Positions 21,091 through 29,467 of a stretch of 64,000 bases of DNA are shown here, in pieces. This stretch comes from Pseudomonadota bacterium (GTDB lineage Bacteria > Bdellovibrionota_B > Oligoflexia > Silvanigrellales > Silvanigrellaceae). Made by a program: the position numbers and the translations under genes. Position 1 is the first letter of the stretch, and the number at the start of each line of letters is the position of its first letter. The notes beneath the pieces were generated by a model. It ran no database searches and was not told the DNA's origin. It worked only from the letters and a program-made list of their open reading frames with translations. The stretch covers positions 32,001-96,000 of the forward strand of contig JBDLRP010000034.1 in assembly GCA_039799905.1 (NCBI GenBank). The letters are read 5' to 3'.

Positions 21091-22632
21091 ATGGTGATGG
21101 ACCCGCGTCTGACCAGCGAGCTGACTCCCGAGCTGAGAAATATCGTGCAGGAGATCGAGTCGCAGTGTAGAAATCTGGGTCTCGATTATTTTCCGGTCAT
21201 TTTTGAAATGGTCGATTACCAGCAGATGAGTGAAATTGCCGCCTACGGTGGGTTTCCGACCCGTTATCCGCACTGGCGGTTCGGGATGGAATACGAGCAT
21301 CTCTCCAAGAGTTATGAGTACGGCCTTAGTCTCATTTATGAGATGGTCATCAACAATGACCCCTGCTACGCGTATCTTCTCAAGAGCAACTCACTTGTCG
21401 ACCAGAAGACGGTGATCGCGCACGTATACGGCCACTGTGACTTTTTCAAAAACAACTATTGTTTCCAACATACCAACAGAAAAATGTTGGATGAAATGGC
21501 CAACCACGGCAGCCGGGTCAGACGCTATATCGAGGAAGTCGGGCACGATGAGGTGGAAACCTTTATCGACACTTGTCTTTCGCTGGAAAACCTCATCGAC
21601 CAGCATGCTCCGCACATCCGCCGTGAACCCAAAATTCTTCGCGACGCCGAAGAGCTTTTGCCTCCCGACAAGCGACCTATTCCGAAGCTGCCGACCCAGC
21701 GCAGCTACATGGACGGTTACATCAATCCAGAAAGTTATTTAAAGGAGCAGCAGGAAAAGATTGTCCGCGAATTCGAGCGCGAAAAACGTTTTCCTGAGTC
21801 ACCCCGCCGCGATGTTCTGCAATTCCTGATCGAGCATGCTCCGTTGTCCGCATGGCAGCGTGATGTGCTCTCCATTGTGCGCGAGGAGGCATATTACTTC
21901 GCGCCGCAGGGGCAAACCAAAATCATGAACGAAGGCTGGGCTGTGTACTGGCACTCAAAACTCATGACGGAATACGTTCTGAACGACTCCGAAGTGATTG
22001 ACTACTGCGACCACTACGCGGGCGTGACAGCAACCTCGGGCATGCGGCTCAACCCTTACAAGGTCGGGGTTGAATTGATGCGTCATATTGAAAACCGCTG
22101 GAACAAGGGTCGTTTCGGTCTTGACTATATGCTGTGCGATGATCCCGCCGTTCGCAAAGCATGGAATACCAACACAAACCGCGGCCGCGAAAAGCTTTTT
22201 GAAGTTCGCAAATTTCACAACGACATCACCTTCATCGACGAATTTCTCGATGAGGATTTTTGTGAAGAGGCGAAGATGTTCACGTGGGCTGCCGACAGGC
22301 GTACGGGGCAGGCTGTCATTAACGAACGTGATTTTCCTGCCATCAAAAAAGAACTTCTTGATGCACTGACCAACTTTGGCCAGCCGGTGATCGAAGTTGT
22401 TGATGGCAATTTCCGCAACCGCGGCGAGTTGCTTCTCTCGCACAAACATCAGGGCAAGGATCTGAAGGTTGACTGGGCGATGGAGACGATGTCGAGTTTG
22501 TTCAAGCTCTGGAATCGTCCGGTGAACCTTGCAACTGTGCTGGAAGGCGAGTCGCGATTGCTTGTTTTTGATGGAGGCGAGCCCCGCATTGAGAAGTCTG
22601 TCGCCGGTGATGATGCGGCTGCTTCTCTGTGA
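21091..22632 (+). CDS. SpoVR family protein
   Basis: GFPTRYPHWRFG, IYEMVINNDPC, AHVYGHCDFF, TKIMNEGWA, LNPY. Confidence 0.95.
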   Translation: MVMDPRLTSELTPELRNIVQEIESQCRNLGLDYFPVIFEMVDYQQMSEIAAYGGFPTRYPHWRFGMEYEHLSKSYEYGLSLIYEMVINNDPCYAYLLKSNSLVDQKTVIAHVYGHCDFFKNNYCFQHTNRKMLDEMANHGSRVRRYIEEVGHDEVETFIDTCLSLENLIDQHAPHIRREPKILRDAEELLPPDKRPIPKLPTQRSYMDGYINPESYLKEQQEKIVREFEREKRFPESPRRDVLQFLIEHAPLSAWQRDVLSIVREEAYYFAPQGQTKIMNEGWAVYWHSKLMTEYVLNDSEVIDYCDHYAGVTATSGMRLNPYKVGVELMRHIENRWNKGRFGLDYMLCDDPAVRKAWNTNTNRGREKLFEVRKFHNDITFIDEFLDEDFCEEAKMFTWAADRRTGQAVINERDFPAIKKELLDALTNFGQPVIEVVDGNFRNRGELLLSHKHQGKDLKVDWAMETMSSLFKLWNRPVNLATVLEGESRLLVFDGGEPRIEKSVAGDDAAASL

Positions 22633-23675
22633 TTAGGTTTTTTTTGTTGTTCTCCGCCGCAGTCACTGCGACGTCGTGTGCGCCGGTTGCTGTCGTTCAT
22701 GACAGCACTGAGATTCCGAGTCGTCCAAAAACTGACCTTGGTCTTTTGGGTAATGCCCGTGTTGCGAGAAACTTTGAAAATTATGTGAACAACGCGACGG
22801 CGCATTGCCACGGCGGAGGATCAGGCGGGAAGAGGATTCTTCTCAGCGGTTTTGGGCCATTCAACCGGCGGCGCAATATATCCGGTGCCGTCATTGATGT
22901 GTTGCAGCGCAGCGTTTTGTGGCCGAGCGAAAGCCGCTGGCCTGCGGTGACTGCCGGCTTTGCCGCTCCCAACTTTCTTCCCGACGATCGCATCGGCGAA
23001 ATAGGCGCCTCGGCGCTGCAGCGGACTATCCGTTATGATGGGCAGGAGTTTGAGCTTTGTTTGCTGAAACTCTCAGTTGAGTGGGATTTTGCAGCTGCGG
23101 TCATTTTGCATGAAGCTGAAAAATTTCAGCCCGATTTTATCTTGATGACGGGCTATGGCAATAATCTGAACGGAGTGCGGCTCGAAGCTGGCGCACTCAA
23201 TCAAACACGCAGGCTTTCGGGATTCGATGCTCACGGACGTGTGCTTGGTGAATTGAATTCTCCCGAGTCAGCTTGGGTTTTGCCACCTGAGTTGAATTTG
23301 CACGAGCAGCTCAGCATGGATTGGAATCCGCGTGTCATTGCATCCCGACTCTCCGCCCGACTGCAGCAGGTATCACGCGCAACGCGCCGCTCTGGAACTT
23401 CAGAGGAGTGGAAGTTTGTTGCTTATGACAAGGCTGATCCTGAAAATGATTACGTCTGCAATAACGTCAGCTACAGCGTTCTTGCAGCTCTGCAGTCGCA
23501 ATCAGTGATTCCGCTTGCCGGCGGCAAGGTGCGTCTGAGGCCCCGTTTTGCAGGCCGCGTCGGAGCTGCTTTTTTGCATTATCCGTACGAATCGGATGTG
23601 ACCTCCGCAGAGGAGGTTTGGGCATGGACGCATCTTCTACTCACGGTGGCTGGTGTGGTGGATGCCGCATTCTGA
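22629..23675 (+). CDS. Exported pyroglutamyl-peptidase I (C15)-like protein
   Basis: Signal/lipobox ATSC; ILLSGFGPF, RLEAGALN, YVCN, FLHYP (Glu/Cys/His triad). Confidence 0.7.
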   Translation: MIRFFLLFSAAVTATSCAPVAVVHDSTEIPSRPKTDLGLLGNARVARNFENYVNNATAHCHGGGSGGKRILLSGFGPFNRRRNISGAVIDVLQRSVLWPSESRWPAVTAGFAAPNFLPDDRIGEIGASALQRTIRYDGQEFELCLLKLSVEWDFAAAVILHEAEKFQPDFILMTGYGNNLNGVRLEAGALNQTRRLSGFDAHGRVLGELNSPESAWVLPPELNLHEQLSMDWNPRVIASRLSARLQQVSRATRRSGTSEEWKFVAYDKADPENDYVCNNVSYSVLAALQSQSVIPLAGGKVRLRPRFAGRVGAAFLHYPYESDVTSAEEVWAWTHLLLTVAGVVDAAF

Positions 23676-23681
23676 GCACGT

Positions 23682-24113
23682 TCAAAGTGCAATGCAGGCA
23701 CTTTCGGAAGGCTCCGAGGTTTTTCGACCTGATTCAGCGATCAAATAGAAGCAGACTTCTTTTCCTGAGTCAGTTTGCTGGCCAAGGGCTGCGAGCGGAA
23801 CTTGTGCCGAGGTCGGCGTATCCTGTCCGGCGCTTTTCAGGACAGTCTTGACGAGCTTTCCGCCGGTCGATTTCTTTTCCGCGTCTGTGAAGTAAATCTT
23901 ATAGCCTGACACGCTGTCGCTTGGTTTGTCCCAGCTGAGAAACAGAGCGTCTTGTGCGTCTGCGGACTGGGCTCCGGTCTCGGGGCCTGCGTTCTCGACG
24001 TCAGCTGTTTGCTGTGTTTGTCCGGACGGCAGAACGACGGCCTGTGTACTGCATGCCCCGAGGCTTACAGCCAGTGTCATTAACGTATGAAGTAAAGCCG
24101 TTGGGACATTCAT
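23682..24113 (-). CDS. Small lipoprotein with fibronectin type III-like domain
   Basis: Lipobox LGAC; LSWDKP...GYKIY...CFYLIA...SEPS. Confidence 0.65.
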   Translation of the reverse strand: MNVPTALLHTLMTLAVSLGACSTQAVVLPSGQTQQTADVENAGPETGAQSADAQDALFLSWDKPSDSVSGYKIYFTDAEKKSTGGKLVKTVLKSAGQDTPTSAQVPLAALGQQTDSGKEVCFYLIAESGRKTSEPSESACIAL

Positions 24114-24114
24114 A

Positions 24115-24648
24115 TCATTTCCGCCGTTGAATCTTGAATCCCGCAGGTTTTGCAGGTGCCTTGTCGCTGTTGGAAATGCTGACGTCTGTGCACGAGTAGT
24201 AGTTGCTGGGAGCATTTGGATTGTCGAGCATCACCTGTATCAGCTGGAACGCGCACTCCGGACAATCCACAGCCGGAACCTGAAAAGTTATTTTGTACTG
24301 GTGATTGTTGCCATTGCGGATTGGGTTGTTCTGCGTGTCATCGAGTTTCGCAAGCGGAGAGGGCACACCGGCGACTTTCTGGTCGTTTGCCCCCAACAGA
24401 TGCACCTCGTAATAGCCTGGGTGGTTGATGGTTTCCTCAAATTCCAGAGTAACCGATTCGCCGGCTGTGTATTTTTTTACGTTGGCAGTGCGGCTCGTTC
24501 CTCCGCAGGGAGCGGTTTTTAAGCCTGAGTCCTCGCTTCGTGGAGCCGATACAGAACTGCCTGCCTTCCAGCGCGCATGGCCTTGCGCCTTCAAGCTGGC
24601 GAACGCCGACAAAAACACCATTAATTTTGCAATCCGAAAATCCAACAC
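24115..24648 (-). CDS. SCE4755-family polysaccharide monooxygenase (LPMO)-like secreted protein
   Basis: Signal peptide ending AQG then His; PCGG, ETINHPG, CPEC, QLIQVM, YYSCTD. Confidence 0.75.
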   Translation of the reverse strand: MLDFRIAKLMVFLSAFASLKAQGHARWKAGSSVSAPRSEDSGLKTAPCGGTSRTANVKKYTAGESVTLEFEETINHPGYYEVHLLGANDQKVAGVPSPLAKLDDTQNNPIRNGNNHQYKITFQVPAVDCPECAFQLIQVMLDNPNAPSNYYSCTDVSISNSDKAPAKPAGFKIQRRK

Positions 24649-24844
24649 AACAATCGCCCCGTCGTCTGGTGTCTAGTATCGGTTGTTTTCTCAAATTTAT
24701 TAGTATTTTCTTGTGGAGTTGAGCAATCTTGGCTGTTTATTCGCAACTCTGGGTTCTCCCAGTTCGAATCTTGGCTCTCCTATTTAGCCGCTCCGCGGCT
24801 GACGATAGCGGCAACTCTGAAATTTTTGGCTGCCCTGATTTCTT

Positions 24845-27136
24845 TTAGTTCTCAAAGGTAATGTCGGCGGCAGGCTCGCTGATAAACAGTGCTTTTACTC
24901 CATCAATCATCCCGACGCGGCCGCGCACGCGAGTGACAACCTTTCCTGCACTTTGCTGGAGAGTGCTGCGCAGCCACTGCTTGTTTTGTGCAAAGGCGCG
25001 GTCGGTGCTCAAAATGACAATGCGATCGCGAGCTGTCAGGTTTTCACGCGCATCCAAGTCGAAGGCAACGTTGTGCAATCCGGTTTTTCTCAGCGTCAGC
25101 CGAGCCTGAATGAGCAGACAATCGCCGCGTTGTGCTGCAGACAAAACGTCAGTCACTGTGGATGAATCCGCGGACCGAGTTTCCGAGTCCAGGCAGGCTG
25201 CTGCGGGGACTGCGACATTTCCGAGTTGAGCGACCTGCTGATTTTCAACGCTTTCATCAAAAACACGACCGCTGATGTTTGCAGAAGATAGACCCGAACG
25301 CTTCAGTTCAGCGATGAGCGGCAGGTGATCCGAATAGCCGTGGTCACGGTGAAAGGTGCGCAGAGTTCCATCGGCGTCCTTGATCTGCAGACGTTGTGAG
25401 CGGAAAGGAAGAAAGTCGCCGTTGCGCAAAAACTTCGCAGCCACTCCGAATTCTCCGGCAACAAAAAGCGGCTGCGCCAAGACGAGCGGACTGTCGGTCA
25501 GCAGGGGGCGTGTCACCACCAGGTTGTCGATTGCGGTGAGTTGGCCGTCGTGGGGATAATCTCCTTGTTCCTGCGCCGGACGCGATTGCCAGAGGTTGAA
25601 CAGATGATCGTCCGACTGCCTTGCCAGTGAGATTGTCGGCGCCAGTCGCAGGCCATTCTGTACCGAGGCTTCGCGGTAATCTGCATTGAAGTCGCCCATG
25701 ATCATTGCCAATGGAGTGCGGCCATGGGTTTTTGCAAGCAGCTGCAGATGATCACGCATGAGTTCGCCGATCTTCTGGCGCATCACGTCGCCCAAAGGTG
25801 ATTTGTCGCGCTTGCTCTTCCAGTGGCTGTTGAGCAGCGTGAGTCCGAGTCCCTCTGGGAGTCCCACGGTAATTCTTTGCGGGTCGCGTGATGCATTGAT
25901 GAAGTCTTCACGCTCCTCCGCAGTCAGCTGTTCAGAGTCGAAGCGGAAATCGAGCCGGTGGTTTTCGATGATCGGATACTTGCTGATGAAGGCTGTTGTC
26001 ACCGCCGTTGGGTTGTCTTCGCCTTGCAGACCGAGCGCATAGTGGTTGTAGCCAAGCGAAGCCAGCAGCGGCTTGAGCAATTCCAACGAGCGGCTGCTGT
26101 TGCCGGCACTTTCAATTTCCTGCATGCCAACCACATCCGGCAATCCGGCGATGAGAAGAGCTTCACGGATGCGGAGCGCCTTCTTAACTGCAAATCCTTC
26201 GCTGTACCAGTCAGAGCGCTGCGCTGAAAAATCGTCGTAGGCGTTGCTGTTTTCCGGCACGTCATCCCAAAAATTTTCGACGTTGTACGAGGCGACGCGA
26301 AGAGCATCAGCGCCTGCGTGTTCATAGACGGCAGCGGATCCTGCAGCAGGGTGCGTAGCTGGAGCAATGCGTGGAAGGGTCAGGCGCATGCTGCCATCAG
26401 ATGAGCGTGATAAAGAAATCGTTGCATTTGAATCGCTGCAGCGGCTGCGCGGGCAGGGTAACTGCAACACTCCCGAAGGAGAATTCAATGCGTTGATTTG
26501 CTCTGCCGAGAGAGTCGCGCTGAATTGACTTTGCTCTCCCGCTGCGGACTCACTGACAATGAGAGTCTGCTGACGGACGACAAGCTCAGCCTTATGAGAT
26601 GGAAGTTTTTTGTCATGGAGAAAAACTCCGGCAGAATTTAAGAGTAGATTTTGCAGGACACGTGTGGCCCGAGGCTCTGCCTGCGTCGACTTCGCATCGA
26701 GGTCAAGCTCAAGCACCTGACCTGTGCAATTCAGAACGAAGGAATGTTTTTGAGAGTTTGATAAAAGATTTTGTTTTTTCCGGCTCAGCTCGCATCTGCT
26801 CCGTTGCCCGTTTTTAAAAATTGCCTCAGCGCTGAGATTCAAATTTTCGATGGATTGAACAAGTCCCAGATGTTGCAGTGTGCCGTCATTGGGATTCAGC
26901 GAATACGAACTGCTGAGACCCGCGTGCTGCGGCGAAACGGCATTGAGCAATATTTGTTCTGCGAGTGGATGTGAACCGCGCACAGTAGCGGTCAGATCAT
27001 TCAGCTTGCCCACACCGGGAAGATGAGAGGGAGCAGTTGATTTTATCTCGGAGCGAGTCCGCTTTGCGCAGGCGATTGCCGACGCTACGACCATGAGTGT
27101 CATGACTGAAGTGAAAATCTTGTGGGACGATTTCAT
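24845..27136 (-). CDS. Endonuclease/exonuclease/phosphatase family lipoprotein
   Basis: Lipobox AIAC; SYNVENF, QEIE, HWKS, GDFN, GYSDHLP. Confidence 0.85.
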   Translation of the reverse strand: MKSSHKIFTSVMTLMVVASAIACAKRTRSEIKSTAPSHLPGVGKLNDLTATVRGSHPLAEQILLNAVSPQHAGLSSSYSLNPNDGTLQHLGLVQSIENLNLSAEAIFKNGQRSRCELSRKKQNLLSNSQKHSFVLNCTGQVLELDLDAKSTQAEPRATRVLQNLLLNSAGVFLHDKKLPSHKAELVVRQQTLIVSESAAGEQSQFSATLSAEQINALNSPSGVLQLPCPRSRCSDSNATISLSRSSDGSMRLTLPRIAPATHPAAGSAAVYEHAGADALRVASYNVENFWDDVPENSNAYDDFSAQRSDWYSEGFAVKKALRIREALLIAGLPDVVGMQEIESAGNSSRSLELLKPLLASLGYNHYALGLQGEDNPTAVTTAFISKYPIIENHRLDFRFDSEQLTAEEREDFINASRDPQRITVGLPEGLGLTLLNSHWKSKRDKSPLGDVMRQKIGELMRDHLQLLAKTHGRTPLAMIMGDFNADYREASVQNGLRLAPTISLARQSDDHLFNLWQSRPAQEQGDYPHDGQLTAIDNLVVTRPLLTDSPLVLAQPLFVAGEFGVAAKFLRNGDFLPFRSQRLQIKDADGTLRTFHRDHGYSDHLPLIAELKRSGLSSANISGRVFDESVENQQVAQLGNVAVPAAACLDSETRSADSSTVTDVLSAAQRGDCLLIQARLTLRKTGLHNVAFDLDARENLTARDRIVILSTDRAFAQNKQWLRSTLQQSAGKVVTRVRGRVGMIDGVKALFISEPAADITFEN

Positions 27137-27272
27137 GATTCAGACCTCGCAGTCGGTGTTTGACCGCCCGGGCCGGCGGATGGCGCCAAGGGTTATCAGC
27201 GAGTCGTCTTCAAGTCGAATAAAATTTGCACTTATCATCGAAAATTCTGCGATCTGTTCATAAAAAATACGG

Positions 27273-27289
27273 TGTAAAATTCTTAGACA
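27273..27289. promoter_or_regulatory. Putative enhancer-binding-protein site TGT-N11-ACA
   Basis: TGTAAAATTCTTAGACA, flanked by G and C that extend the palindrome. Confidence 0.6.
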
Positions 27290-27354
27290 CATAAGCCTAT
27301 TTTTTTTATTTGGATAAGTTGACGATAGTCCCGTTCTTTTGTCGTAATCAGAAT

Positions 27355-27370
27355 TGGCACTGGCATTGCT
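27355..27370 (+). promoter_or_regulatory. Sigma-54 (-24/-12) promoter
   Basis: Exact consensus TGGCAC-TGGCA-TTGCT upstream of ATG 27435. Confidence 0.75.
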
Positions 27371-27434
27371 CTGCGGCAACAGACTCGGAGTGTCCGCACC
27401 GGACGCTTCATATTCCATTCCGCGGGGACGTATC

Positions 27435-28781
27435 ATGAATCAACCAAGATCTAATTCTTCCGGCAAAGCTCTTGGCGAACAGAAGAGTCGGATTCGTTCT
27501 TCGCACTGGCCCCTTTTTGTTGGCGCATTTGCCTGCGGAATGAGTCTTGTTTCGACACCCACTGCGTGTGGGACCAACGCTCGCATCAGCCGCGAACCGA
27601 TCGCACAGGTCGGCGACAACGATGTCTCGACGTCCACTGAAAGTTCAGGCGATTCATCGCGCATCGAAGTTGATCCGCAGATCAGCAATTCCTCGCCTTT
27701 GCGCGAGGAAACCGTGAGCGGCGCTGAACCTGCAGCGATAAGGTCTGATAAACAACTTTTTGAACCTAAGGTCGCTCCTGCATTTTGCAGTGGGCTCAAG
27801 GCAGGCGAGTGTCTGACGCTTGTCATCCAAGTGCCGGGCTCGGTGCTCCAGTCGAGTTTGGGATTGGGAGCCTTGGGACTCGCACTTGCTTCGCCTTCCT
27901 ACAACGCGTTGCTCCACCGTACCTGCTCAGAGGGGCTCAAAGTCGGCCTTCCAGTGGTTGAGGCGGGTTTGCCGATCATCCGGCGCAACGGAGTCGCCAA
28001 GAAGCTTTTTTCTCCTTTTAAGAGGGCACGCTGTGTTTATCAGGTGCTGACCGAGGAATCCGAACTTCCGCCCGCGCCAGAGCCCAACGAGACGTCATTG
28101 AAGATCCGACTGGTCGATTTTTCACTCAGCGGCAGCGCCATCTCCACGAATCCGGTCATCGGCAGATTTGAGTTCAAGGAAAGCCGCATGCAAAACCGCT
28201 TTCACGACGTCTCGGTCAACGTTCCCAACGGTGCAATGGCCGGTGAATGGCAGCCTGTGCGCGGTGGTTGGAACCTTTTTGATACGGCAACCTATAGCGG
28301 CATCTTCAAGACCAGTGACGTGAACATTACGATCGCGCGGGGTCTTACTTTCAAGGTGAACGGATTCGGGCTCGCTGCGTATATGAATCAAGTTCTTGAG
28401 CCGTTTTTGAATGAATCAACCCAGACTCAGTCGCTTGTGAAGGCGAGGGCGCAGATTGAAATGATGCGCATGGCTGTTCGCAGTCTGCGGCAAGGCAAAT
28501 CACCAGTCACCTCGTCACTTGTCTTGATCGGCATGGGCTTGGATGCGATCAAAGATCTTTGCAAGACCCCTGGCTCAGACTGCAGCGTGCAGGGTAAAAA
28601 TACAGACTTGGTCAGTGAACTGGAGGTTTCGTTCGACAACGGGCAGCCGCTGCAAAGCTCAAGCAAGGCTTTGCTCATCGATGCGCTTAAATATGTGCCG
28701 CTCGGGCTGGTGCGCGCCGTTTTTGAACACTCTGATGAAAAAACCTTCGTCAACCAGATGCAGGGCTTGAATCTGAACTGA
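27435..28781 (+). CDS. Hypothetical exported protein
   Basis: Long ORF with N-terminal hydrophobic segment and TACG; no recognised domain. Confidence 0.6.
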   Translation: MNQPRSNSSGKALGEQKSRIRSSHWPLFVGAFACGMSLVSTPTACGTNARISREPIAQVGDNDVSTSTESSGDSSRIEVDPQISNSSPLREETVSGAEPAAIRSDKQLFEPKVAPAFCSGLKAGECLTLVIQVPGSVLQSSLGLGALGLALASPSYNALLHRTCSEGLKVGLPVVEAGLPIIRRNGVAKKLFSPFKRARCVYQVLTEESELPPAPEPNETSLKIRLVDFSLSGSAISTNPVIGRFEFKESRMQNRFHDVSVNVPNGAMAGEWQPVRGGWNLFDTATYSGIFKTSDVNITIARGLTFKVNGFGLAAYMNQVLEPFLNESTQTQSLVKARAQIEMMRMAVRSLRQGKSPVTSSLVLIGMGLDAIKDLCKTPGSDCSVQGKNTDLVSELEVSFDNGQPLQSSSKALLIDALKYVPLGLVRAVFEHSDEKTFVNQMQGLNLN

Positions 28782-28787
28782 AGAAAT

Positions 28788-29117
28788 TCAACTTTGGCCG
28801 GTCAAAGCTCCGACAAGCGACTGATGCTCTTCCAGGGACAAACTCCGGCGCGGCCTGAGTTTGTCCTTTGTCAGTTGCGAGTGTTCGCTTCCCTCGATAG
28901 CCACCCAGAAACAAACATGTGATTCTGCAGCGCTGAAAAAACCATCTTCGAGAGTTTGAACGGCGAGCGTCGTGCAAAACTCTGCAAAGTGTTTTTTAAA
29001 GTGTTCCGCGGTTTTTTCGGCGTCCGGACCAAAAAAGTCCCAGTGATGAATCATGTTCGGCTGGCCTTTCCGACAAAGCGAAACTGCGTCAGGTTCAATT
29101 GCGCAGAGTTGCAGCAT
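28788..29117 (-). CDS. Small hypothetical protein (start possibly 29054)
   Basis: Fills the gap convergent to 28781; plausible composition (HWDFFGPDAEKTAEHF). Confidence 0.55.
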   Translation of the reverse strand: MLQLCAIEPDAVSLCRKGQPNMIHHWDFFGPDAEKTAEHFKKHFAEFCTTLAVQTLEDGFFSAAESHVCFWVAIEGSEHSQLTKDKLRPRRSLSLEEHQSLVGALTGQS

Positions 29118-29467
29118 CCTTGTCTGCGTGCACTGTTACAGCAGGACAATAGTGTTTGTCCATGCGGCATATGCTGCCAATCTATTATGCATAGAGTTTT
29201 TCGCCATTATTAAGCGCAACTTTGCGTGAATTTTTGATTCCTGATACTTCTTGCAAAATCTCTTGTCCGATCAGCCAATTAAAAAAAAACACCGAGGAAT
29301 TTCTTCCCACACTATTGACAGTGTTTTTTGGGCTACGGTACCACTATATGTGAGAAGACAAATTGATGACCCTGCACAGATGTAAGGTACGAGCCCGCTC
29401 GTCCGGCGAAATTCCGGAGCATTTTGTCGACTCATGGGAAGACCCAACCGCCTGCAAGGAGCAACAT

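Noticed and set aside
29341..29355. Possible NrdR box CCACTATATGTGAGA
   Set aside because: Only the left part matches the consensus and there is no convincing tandem copy
29363..29411. Hammerhead-like TTGATGA...CGAAA in the nrdA leader
   Set aside because: The stem II closing pair and stem III do not form, and the core starts with U rather than C
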